Positions 9,046-16,691 of a stretch of 64,000 nt of DNA are shown here, piece by piece; position 1 is the first letter of the stretch; the number at the start of each line of letters is the position of its first letter. Where the stretch lies: contig CBDDPY010000002.1 of the NCBI GenBank assembly GCA_965232515.1, positions 5,056,001 to 5,120,000 on the forward strand, given 5' to 3'. Source of the stretch: Alphaproteobacteria bacterium (GTDB lineage: Bacteria; Pseudomonadota; Alphaproteobacteria; GCA-2731375). The notes under the pieces are model-generated. The model did not search any database and was not told the origin of the DNA. It worked only from the letters and a program-made list of their open reading frames with translations. The position numbers and the translations under genes are program-made.

Positions 9046-9215
9046 TTCAATCTCCCTTCAATGTTGTCGATCAGTACATTTTCTTCGCCTTAGGCTTGCT
9101 TGCCCATGCCTCCCTGTGGGAGACGATGTCAGAATGACAATCCTGAATAAGAACGGGTGCGAAGATTTGCGAAGCCACAACAAGCATCGCGAGCGTGAAT
9201 TTTAAAGAGGGACAG

Positions 9216-10757
9216 ATGGCGCAGAAGCCGAACCCGGTTATCTCAGAGTTCCGCAAACGGGTTGAGTGGATTGTATTGAATCTCGATCCAGATCCGGTCT
9301 ACCGCCGTTTTGTTTCAGAGATCAATGATGTCTTCGCTGCGCTTGAAGAAGCGAAGGAAAAAAAATCTTTTGCAGTAGGTCCATATGAGCGCGTTCCAGG
9401 GCGGCGGACATGGGAGACTGCCCTAAAGACCGACCGTGTTCCCCAAGTTTATCTCGACTGGTTATACACTCTGTATTCGGATCTGGTCCCGTCACAGCTT
9501 GAGGCGGTTTCGTTCGAGGAGTTTCGCCGACTCGGAGAAGAGATACAGGCTCAACGTGACAGATGGCGGCCGGCAATACGTTTCTTTGCCGAACAACGGT
9601 CCCTTTTGTTGGTCATCGCCAGGAATTATTACCGGGAATGCGATTTCAGCAGCAATCACAATATTGGCGACCTAGAGTTTCCACTGTTAACGCAGGAAGG
9701 ATGGATTCGCACGCGGCCGATTGTGCTCGAAGAGCACACTGAGAGCACAATTCTCAGTGATCCTGATCCAGGGAGAATCTTTGAACCCAGGCGCCTCCCA
9801 GGGCTCCGTGGAGATTATGTTGCATACAAGGGAGGCCTTGCTTACGCATCAAGGCGCGTTGTCAAAACCGAACCGCAACACAATGGTGAAGTATTTTGTG
9901 CGAGATCTGTAATTAAAGATAATAAAGGATTTGTAGGATTTCGATATTTTTTATCCCGTTACTTCGAATATATCAACACTTGTGAAGTACTTGGGGCTGA
10001 ACTGGCTGATTGGGTATTGTCACATCCGCGTGAAATTACACCACAGCCTCTCCAATTTCGCGGCAATCCGGAAGACGCCTTTGATCTCTCAAATCGCGCT
10101 ACATATCCTGGCGTAAACTGCCTTTCAATATTCCTCAACTACTCGGAGCGGCGGCTTCCGCGCGGGAATTATTTTTTGCTGCATAAAAGAGACGAAACAC
10201 AACTTCAAGCTCAGAACACCGTACATGTTGTTCCTGCAGGTGGACATCAGGGTTACGCGAAGGGAGGTTGGCGAGAAGATACCGCAATCTGGCGAACTAT
10301 GGTGCGTGAGTTTGCGGAAGAGCTTTTTGACATGGAAGACTTATCCAAACAACCAGAGAGTTGGGAAGATTTCTTAAGCTACAAGGAAGTAAATAAGATC
10401 AGAACTGTATTCTTTCAGCAACCTGATCCGGCAGCAAAGGTATACTTACATGGATTTGGTTTGGACCCAATTACCCTTAAACCAGAAATTCTTATTACAA
10501 TTGTAATAAATTGGGAGAAGGTTCCAACAGGGCCAAATGGATTCCGCTTAAAATTCAATTGGGAGCTTCAGCAAAAACGGAAAAAATCCGGCACTAGACA
10601 CCAATGGGCGAAGTTGTCCGAGAGAGAACTGCTTCTCCAGGCTGAAGGGGGGAGGCAGACGATTGGTGACATTTTTTTGGATACACTACCAGCCGGAGCC
10701 GCTTGTTTAATGCAGACTGCACGGCACTATCGGCTGATGGGCCTTCCGGAGGGCTAG
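9216..10757 (+). CDS. 513-aa hypothetical protein with C-terminal Nudix-like fold
   Basis: Long ORF in AT-rich DNA; RBS AGAGGGA; FLLHKRD..HVVPAGGHQ..IWRTMVREFAEELF resembles a Nudix box (RExxEE). Confidence 0.75.
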   Translation: MAQKPNPVISEFRKRVEWIVLNLDPDPVYRRFVSEINDVFAALEEAKEKKSFAVGPYERVPGRRTWETALKTDRVPQVYLDWLYTLYSDLVPSQLEAVSFEEFRRLGEEIQAQRDRWRPAIRFFAEQRSLLLVIARNYYRECDFSSNHNIGDLEFPLLTQEGWIRTRPIVLEEHTESTILSDPDPGRIFEPRRLPGLRGDYVAYKGGLAYASRRVVKTEPQHNGEVFCARSVIKDNKGFVGFRYFLSRYFEYINTCEVLGAELADWVLSHPREITPQPLQFRGNPEDAFDLSNRATYPGVNCLSIFLNYSERRLPRGNYFLLHKRDETQLQAQNTVHVVPAGGHQGYAKGGWREDTAIWRTMVREFAEELFDMEDLSKQPESWEDFLSYKEVNKIRTVFFQQPDPAAKVYLHGFGLDPITLKPEILITIVINWEKVPTGPNGFRLKFNWELQQKRKKSGTRHQWAKLSERELLLQAEGGRQTIGDIFLDTLPAGAACLMQTARHYRLMGLPEG

Positions 10758-10811
10758 CTTATTGGAGGTGTGGCGGACCGGCATCTGATTTTGGGAGCTT
10801 GTATCTGCGGT

Positions 10812-11039
10812 AACGGCAATAAATGCTCACTTAGAGCGCTCTGGCGTTACAAGGTTGTTTGCAGATTTGGATGCCGCATGGCTGTGGTGGGCCTCGTCGC
10901 TCGCAACCTCCGAGCCGTACGTTAGCTGCTTACCGGACGTCGGTGAGGCTCTGTGCACTCGTGCTTCGCCGCTTGTTGCTCCACAAACATACATACAATC
11001 AGTCGGTCCTGAACGATTGTTTTGAGCCGAATTCAGTTG
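10812..11039 (+). repeat. Degenerate tandem repeat cluster IV, right edge of AT-rich island
   Basis: Units near 10812, 10877, 10918, 10964 (..CCGCTTGTTGCTCCACAAACATACAT), 11012 AACGATTGTTTTGAGCCGAATTCAGTTG (18/28 identical to the 8239 unit). Confidence 0.45.
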
Positions 11040-11088
11040 TCCGACGATTTTCAATTGCTTGCTCGAATCGGCCCCTGTTGGGCAACGG

Positions 11089-11679
11089 TCATCCCCTCGC
11101 CTCTCTAATCATCGGATAAAGCGTCGGCGAGGTGCCGGCCTGGATCTGGCCGATGATCTCGAAGCCGTGGCGTTCGTAGAGGGAGATGTTGCGGGGGTTC
11201 GTGGATTCGAGATAGGCGATCAGGCCGTCTTCGTCGCAGCGTTCGAGCGCGCGTGTCATCAGGGCGGCGCCCAGGCCGCGGGCCAGGTAGGCCGGGTCGG
11301 CGGCGATCAGCGGCAGGTACCAGTGCGGGCGGTCCGTCGGGTGGTGGGCGTCCATCTGTTCGAACACGGCGGCGAGGTCGTCGTGGATTTCAGGTGGAGC
11401 GGTGGCCGCGAACAGGGCCTCGATCGCCGCGCCGTCGGGCGCGGCGCCGGGCGGCAGCCAGAGGGCGGCGGCCCGGCCGTCGTCGGCGACATAGGCCGAG
11501 CCGTGCGCGAACGCCTGGCCGGCGAAGGCGGCGATGAATTTCGGCATGCATTTCAGATAGTCGTCCGCATCGGGCCAGGTCCAGCGGGCCATGGGATCGG
11601 CGATGAAGCCGAGCGTGACGATGCGGATGGTCCGGTCGCGCGCGGCGGCCGGCGCGATGTCGATGGTCGGCATGTACAT
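11089..11679 (-). CDS. GNAT family N-acetyltransferase (puromycin acetyltransferase-like)
   Basis: AAALWLPPG, PHWYLPLIAADPAYLARGLGAALM, AYLESTNPRNISLYERHGF. Confidence 0.9.
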   Translation of the reverse strand: MYMPTIDIAPAAARDRTIRIVTLGFIADPMARWTWPDADDYLKCMPKFIAAFAGQAFAHGSAYVADDGRAAALWLPPGAAPDGAAIEALFAATAPPEIHDDLAAVFEQMDAHHPTDRPHWYLPLIAADPAYLARGLGAALMTRALERCDEDGLIAYLESTNPRNISLYERHGFEIIGQIQAGTSPTLYPMIREARG

Positions 11680-11812
11680 TGGAACCTCTCTTCCAAACGG
11701 TTGCTGAGCGGTTCCCACTCCCCGGCGCCCGCGCCGGCCCACGAAAAAGACGGTGTCGGTGATTGATCCTCAGGGTCTCACCGGCGACGAAAATCCGTAG
11801 GAAAGACTATTC

Positions 11813-11913
11813 ACCACAGAGGACACAGAGAGCACAGAGAACCAACACGCTCTTCCGGCGCTTCGCGCCAACCAATCTTGTCCTTCCTCTGTGCTCTCTG
11901 TGTCCTCTGTGGT
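11813..11913. repeat. Perfect 27-bp inverted repeat built of CACAGAG sub-repeats (MITE/REP-like)
   Basis: ACCACAGAGGACACAGAGAGCACAGAG (11813-11839) is the exact reverse complement of 11887-11913; 47-nt spacer. Confidence 0.85.
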
Positions 11914-11978
11914 TCGGCACCTTTCGACACCGAGCGCCTGTCGCCGGATCGCCGGGTCGAGCCTCATGCCCATCGCTC

Positions 11979-12614
11979 TCACTCCGCGAACGGCGCCGCG
12001 GCCACGGCGTCGCAGAAGTCGATGCGATGGAAGCCGTCGATCTGGCGGGCGGCGATGTCGGCGGTGAAGTTGAGCGCCGTGGTCATCGGCTTGTCGCGCA
12101 CCACGTCGGCGATGGCGGCGAGCATCGCCTTCTTGAAGCCGAGGCGCGGCGCGTCCTCGACCACGCGTTCCAGCACGCCCGGCGCCAGCAGGTCGGGCGG
12201 CAGCGCGCCCACATCGATGCCGGCGCCGGTCTGCACCAGCGCGATCTCCGGCTGCTTGCGCTGCGGAATGGCCGGCGTCGAATGTAGCGCGATGGCGTCC
12301 CAGACCACGTCGATCAGCGGCTCGTCATAGCCGCAGTCGCGCAGGAAGGCGGCTGCCGCGTCGGCGCCGTCGATCTCGAACCGGTCATCGCCCCGGTGGG
12401 CGTGCGTCAGGCCGAGGTCGTGCAGCACCGCGCCCAGGAAGAACAGTTCGGGATCGAAGCTGAGCCCCGCCCGCGTGCCGGCATGAAAGCCGAAGGCATA
12501 GGTCCGGAGCACGTGGTTGAAGAGAAACGGTTCGCTCGCCTCTTCGGCGAGCGTATAGGCGGCCCGGCAGATGGCGCTGTCGGGCAGCCGGACGTCGGCG
12601 ATCTCGCGGATCAT
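11979..12614 (-). CDS. HD-domain metal-dependent phosphohydrolase
   Basis: FNHVLRTY...GAVLHDLG..RFEIDGADAA..VWDAIALH. Confidence 0.85.
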   Translation of the reverse strand: MIREIADVRLPDSAICRAAYTLAEEASEPFLFNHVLRTYAFGFHAGTRAGLSFDPELFFLGAVLHDLGLTHAHRGDDRFEIDGADAAAAFLRDCGYDEPLIDVVWDAIALHSTPAIPQRKQPEIALVQTGAGIDVGALPPDLLAPGVLERVVEDAPRLGFKKAMLAAIADVVRDKPMTTALNFTADIAARQIDGFHRIDFCDAVAAAPFAE

Positions 12615-12976
12615 GACGCCGCCGTCCCCGGCACCCGCAGGTCGACATTGGCCGCGAGCCCGTCCGCCACCGACAGCATCGTCCCCGATACCTGCACCTG
12701 CTCGAAATAGTCGTGCCAGCCCGAGGCCGCGATGCCGGCCTCCAGGGTGCGCGCGAACCCGGCGTCGGGCAGCGTGTAGACGCAGAAGAAGTCATAGGCC
12801 GCCCGCCGGTCCGTCGCGGTGTCGTTCAGGCCGAAGGCGATGACCTCGGCGCCCGCCGCCGCGATCTTCTCGACCTCGCCCGCGACCATCGCCGCGAACC
12901 CGCGCCGCTCGGCCGCGTCCGCCTCGAACCAGCGATCCCGGTAGTTGTAGAGCTCGATAAAGATCTGCCGCGCCAT
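12611..12976 (-). CDS. DUF6616-like small ferredoxin-fold protein
   Basis: IFIELY..RDRW...AYDFFCVYTLPD...SGWHDYFEQ; ATGA overlap with the HD gene. Confidence 0.65.
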   Translation of the reverse strand: MARQIFIELYNYRDRWFEADAAERRGFAAMVAGEVEKIAAAGAEVIAFGLNDTATDRRAAYDFFCVYTLPDAGFARTLEAGIAASGWHDYFEQVQVSGTMLSVADGLAANVDLRVPGTAAS

Positions 12977-13009
12977 CTGCCTGTCACCCCGCGAGCCACG
13001 TTTTCGCAT

Positions 13010-13080
13010 CAATTATTTACGGAACAGTACAAAAATAGCGTGCGGCGTCAACAATTATTTGCGGATCGATACAAAATTAG
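13010..13080. promoter_or_regulatory. Two tandem operator-like sites (29 bp, 42-bp period)
   Basis: CAATTATTTACGGAACAGTACAAAAATAG and CAATTATTTGCGGATCGATACAAAATTAG, 24/29 identical, upstream of the DUF6616-HD operon. Confidence 0.6.
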
Positions 13081-13270
13081 GGATGGCGTTATCGAACGCC
13101 GGATCGACGGCGTTAAGGCGACGGGCCGTCACATCACCGCGCGCGCGTAATTTCGACAAGAATCGAAATGTCACAAGTCGTTGAAGCCGAACGATTCTTT
13201 CTTCTTGACGCTCCTGTGCATGGGGTTGTCCCCGCGTTTCCCCCGCGCGACACCCCCCTCCCGCCGTCGC

Positions 13271-13385
13271 CCCGCCTTCGGCCCAAGGGCCTCGGCGCGG
13301 CTATGGCGTGGCGGGCCCCCCGCGTCACTGACCGCCCTTGTCCTGGCGGGCTTGCCCCGCCGTAGCTCTACAGAGCGGAGGCGGG
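13271..13385. repeat. Inverted pair of REP-like palindromes
   Basis: CCCGCCTTCGGCCCAAGGGCCTCGGCGCGGC (13271-13301) vs reverse complement of 13354-13385 CCCGCCTCCGCTCTGTAGAGCTACGGCGGGGC. Confidence 0.55.
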
Positions 13386-13790
13386 ACGCTTCACCCGGTC
13401 GTGCGGGATCGACGCGACGGCCGAGATCTCGATCAGCAGGTCGGGATGCACCAGGCCGGCGACCTGGACCAGCGTGCTCGCCGGATAGGGCTTCTCGAAG
13501 TAGCGGGCGCGGACGGCGTGGATCTGATCGAGGCCGGCCATGTCGGTGACGTAGACGATGACCGAGACGATGTCGGCCATGGTCCCGCCGGCGCTCTCGA
13601 CGATGGCCTTGACGTTTTCCAGCACCTGTTCGGTCTGGGCCGCGATGTCGCCCGCGCCCACGACCTTGCCGTCGGCGTCCCAGGCGACCTGGCCGGCGAT
13701 CTGCAGGATGGCGCCGTCGCCCTGCCAGGCGGCGTTCGAGAAAATGCCGAAGGGTTCGATCACACCGGGCGGGTTGAAGGCGTCAGCCAT
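13368..13790 (-). CDS. RidA/YjgF family protein
   Basis: [37 protein letters not shown]. Confidence 0.9.
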   Translation of the reverse strand: MADAFNPPGVIEPFGIFSNAAWQGDGAILQIAGQVAWDADGKVVGAGDIAAQTEQVLENVKAIVESAGGTMADIVSVIVYVTDMAGLDQIHAVRARYFEKPYPASTLVQVAGLVHPDLLIEISAVASIPHDRVKRPASAL

Positions 13791-13876
13791 GTCGGGTCCT
13801 CCCTTGCTTGAGACCATCCGATCATTCTAGCCGCGGCGGCTGGACGCGGCCGCACCGCGGTGCCACATTTATCGCC

Positions 13877-14437
13877 ATGAACAACGGGCCGATCCACGAC
13901 TATCCCTTCGAGCCGCAGGTGCCGGCGGGCGACAACCGCGAGCGCCATGTCTGCCGCGACTGCGGTTGGATCAACTACGTGAACCCCAAGGTGGTGGTCG
14001 GCGCGGTCGTCACCTGGCAGGACCGATTGCTGATCTGCAAGCGCGCCATCGAGCCGCGGCTCGGCTACTGGACCATGCCGGCCGGCTATCTCGAGGAGCA
14101 TGAGACCACCGAGGCCGGCGCCCGGCGCGAGGCCTGGGAGGAGGCCTGCGCCGACATCGAGATCGACGCCCTGCTCGCGGTCTACAACATCCCGCGCATC
14201 AGTCAGGTGCAGCTGATCTACCGCGCCGAGCTGAAGTCGCCCGAATTCGCGCCGGGCGAGGAGAGCAGCGACGTCAAGCTGATCGGCTGGGACGAGATCC
14301 CCTGGGACGACCTGGCGTTTCCAAGCGTGCACTGGGCGCTGACGCAATACGGCGAGGTGCGCGGCCGCGCCGACTTCGCGCCCTTCACCAATCCACCCGG
14401 CGACCTCGGCAACTGGCGGTCGGGCAGGCCGCGCTAA
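13877..14437 (+). CDS. NUDIX hydrolase with N-terminal Zn-ribbon remnant
   Basis: [39 protein letters not shown] Nudix box. Confidence 0.9.
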   Translation: MNNGPIHDYPFEPQVPAGDNRERHVCRDCGWINYVNPKVVVGAVVTWQDRLLICKRAIEPRLGYWTMPAGYLEEHETTEAGARREAWEEACADIEIDALLAVYNIPRISQVQLIYRAELKSPEFAPGEESSDVKLIGWDEIPWDDLAFPSVHWALTQYGEVRGRADFAPFTNPPGDLGNWRSGRPR

Positions 14438-15330
14438 CCCGCGTACTTTTCCAAATAGGCCCTGACGGCGTCGCCGAACACCGGCAGCGACTTGTAGCGC
14501 TGCATGGCCGGCGGCATGGTCGTGATCGACTGCGCCAGGCGGCCGGCGGCCTCGGGGCGGTCGGCGAGCCGCGACAACGGCCAGCGGTGGATGCGGATCG
14601 TGAACAGCACTGCGCCTGTTTCGGGCAGCCGGCGCAGCGTCTGGCGCTCGACGCGCAGCCACAGGCGCTCGCCGGCATTCTCGACCGTGATCGTCGGGTC
14701 CAGCTCGCCGCGGCCGTGGCCCTCGGGCTGGAACAGGGCGGGATCGTCGATCAGCGACCAGTTCAGCCGCCAGACCGGCTTGTCGGTCTTGATGCGGTCG
14801 AAGAACCGGCTCACGGGCCGGGCGAGCTTGTCCGCGAAGTCCGGCACGGGGTCGTGGATCGCATCCAGCGGCCGGCCGATCTTCTCGGCGAGCTTCCAGC
14901 GCGTCGGAAAGCACAGGCTCGCCGCCGTCAGCCGCCAGGCCGCGCCATCATGCTGCATCAGGCACAGGTCCTCCTGCACCAGACGGCCGGCCACGTCGAG
15001 CGGCGCTAGGCTCGCATCGTCCAGGTCCCAGTTCGCATCCGCCGGCAACACTTGCAAACGCCGGCCGTTGCGCCGGTAGAGGTCGGGGAAGTGTTCGGTG
15101 AGGTGCGCGGCCAGCAGGTCCAGCACCTCGCCCTGACCGGCTTCGGAGCCCGGCAGCGCCGCGAAGACCTCGGCATGACGCTCCGTCAGCAGGCGTTGCT
15201 TTTCGGCGAGGTCGGCGGCGAGGTCGTCGTCGACCTCGATCCACTCCTCAGGCTTCAGGGCCATCAGGCCCATGGACAAACGATAGGGTGTCTCGAAGGG
15301 GGTATAGAGCGGCTTGCCGCCGGCGCTCAC
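14434..15330 (-). CDS. DUF3445 / heme-dependent oxidative N-demethylase alpha-subunit family
   Basis: [57 protein letters not shown]; GTG overlapping the ispZ stop. Confidence 0.85.
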   Translation of the reverse strand: MSAGGKPLYTPFETPYRLSMGLMALKPEEWIEVDDDLAADLAEKQRLLTERHAEVFAALPGSEAGQGEVLDLLAAHLTEHFPDLYRRNGRRLQVLPADANWDLDDASLAPLDVAGRLVQEDLCLMQHDGAAWRLTAASLCFPTRWKLAEKIGRPLDAIHDPVPDFADKLARPVSRFFDRIKTDKPVWRLNWSLIDDPALFQPEGHGRGELDPTITVENAGERLWLRVERQTLRRLPETGAVLFTIRIHRWPLSRLADRPEAAGRLAQSITTMPPAMQRYKSLPVFGDAVRAYLEKYAG

Positions 15331-15917
15331 GGCGTCTTCTCGTCGGGCTCCAGCATGAAGCGGTTCACCGTCGGCAGCTGCGAGATCGCGAACACGAAGG
15401 TCAGCGGCATGATGCCGAAGACCTTGAAGTTGACCCAGGCGTCCGTGCTGAAGTTGCGCCAGACGATCTCGTTCAACAGCGCCAGAAACAAAAAGAACAG
15501 GCCCCAGCGCCAGGTCAGGATGCGCCAGCCGTCCTCGTGCAGCGGCGGCATCGCCGGGCCCATCACCGACTTCAGGAACGACTTGTCGAACGCGAGGCCG
15601 CCGAGCAGGCCGGCCGCGAACAGGCAGTTCACGATGGTCGGCTTCATCTTGATGAACAGCTCGTCCTGCAGGATCAGCGTCAGGCCGCCGAACACCAGCA
15701 CGAACCCGGCCGTGACCAGCGGCAGCACCGGCACCCGCCGCTCGAAGCGCCAGGTGATCAGCACGGCCAGCGGCGCCGTCACCATGAATACGCCCGTCGC
15801 CCAGAACAGCCCCAGCCGCGCGTTCACGATGAAAAATGCCACCAGCGGGCCGATCTCGACCGCGATCTTCAGCAGCGGATGCATCTGGTGGGTTTGCGCG
15901 TGGGATTGCACCGACAT
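15327..15917 (-). CDS. ispZ: Intracellular septation protein A (YciB/IspZ)
   Basis: EIGPLVAFF, FGGLTL...FIKMKPTIV, LNEIVWR..STDAWVNFKVFG. Confidence 0.92.
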   Translation of the reverse strand: MSVQSHAQTHQMHPLLKIAVEIGPLVAFFIVNARLGLFWATGVFMVTAPLAVLITWRFERRVPVLPLVTAGFVLVFGGLTLILQDELFIKMKPTIVNCLFAAGLLGGLAFDKSFLKSVMGPAMPPLHEDGWRILTWRWGLFFLFLALLNEIVWRNFSTDAWVNFKVFGIMPLTFVFAISQLPTVNRFMLEPDEKTP

Positions 15918-16006
15918 GCCGCGAACATATCCCCGCTGACCGTTCAGCCAAAGTGATAAGTGTCACAGGCGTTGCGTCAACGATGGTGCAGGTGTATGGG
16001 GCGGAG

Positions 16007-16684
16007 ATGACTAGCGATAATCCCAAACGCCGCGCCGCCGAGGCGGCCGTGGCCCTGGTCCAGGACGGCATGCGCCTCGGCATCGGTACCGGCTCGACGG
16101 CGGCCGAGTTCATCCGCCTGCTGGCGGATCAGGTCCAGGCCGGCCTCAAGGTCACCGGCGTACCGACGTCGGAACGCAGCCGCGCGCTCTGCGCCGAGCT
16201 CGACGTGCCGCTGGCGACGCTCGCGGAGCTGCCCGAGCTCGATCTGGCGGTCGACGGCGCCGACGAATTCGACGGCGCCATGAACCTGATCAAGGGCGGC
16301 GGCGGCGCGCTGTTGCGCGAGAAGATCGTGGCGTCGTGCGCCGAACGGTTCGTGGTCATCGCCGACGCCTCGAAACGGGTCGAACGGCTCGGCGCCTTCC
16401 CGCTGCCGGTCGAGATCGTGCCGTTCGCCGCTCGGCCGCTGATCCACCGCATCGAGGAACTGGGCGCCACGGTGATGCTGCGTCGCGCCGGCGCCGGCCC
16501 GTTCGTCAGCGACGAGGGAAACAACATCCTGGACTGTGCTTTCGGCGAGATCGCCGATCCCGTCGGCCTCGCCGCCACGCTGCACGACGTGCCGGGCGTG
16601 GTCGATCACGGCCTGTTCATCGGCATGGCGGACGCCGTGATCGTCGGCACCGATGCTGGCGTCGAGGTAATCGAGCGGCGTTAA
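16007..16684 (+). CDS. rpiA: Ribose-5-phosphate isomerase A
   Basis: GIGTGSTA, DGADE, LIKGGGGALLREKIVA. Confidence 0.95.
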   Translation: MTSDNPKRRAAEAAVALVQDGMRLGIGTGSTAAEFIRLLADQVQAGLKVTGVPTSERSRALCAELDVPLATLAELPELDLAVDGADEFDGAMNLIKGGGGALLREKIVASCAERFVVIADASKRVERLGAFPLPVEIVPFAARPLIHRIEELGATVMLRRAGAGPFVSDEGNNILDCAFGEIADPVGLAATLHDVPGVVDHGLFIGMADAVIVGTDAGVEVIERR

Positions 16685-16691
16685 AGATAGC

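Larger units (their letters stand above)
8555..11039. mobile_element. AT-rich horizontally acquired island / putative cassette, no recombinase
   Basis: Abrupt GC drop (9901-9960 has 17/60 G+C), many A/T-ending codons, bounded by repeat clusters and a duplicated GNAT 3' end. Confidence 0.65.

Noticed and set aside
6586-11039. Repeat clusters as a CRISPR array or integron attC sites
   Set aside because: Units too degenerate and too few, no cas or intI gene, no RYYYAAC...GTTRRRY boundaries.
14434-16113. Apparent long N-terminal extensions or fusions in the ORF track (559-aa DUF3445, 802-aa MtaB, 638-aa Fsa, 417-aa LeuD)
   Set aside because: Upstream parts overlap other real genes; true starts are internal, with RBS or coupling evidence.
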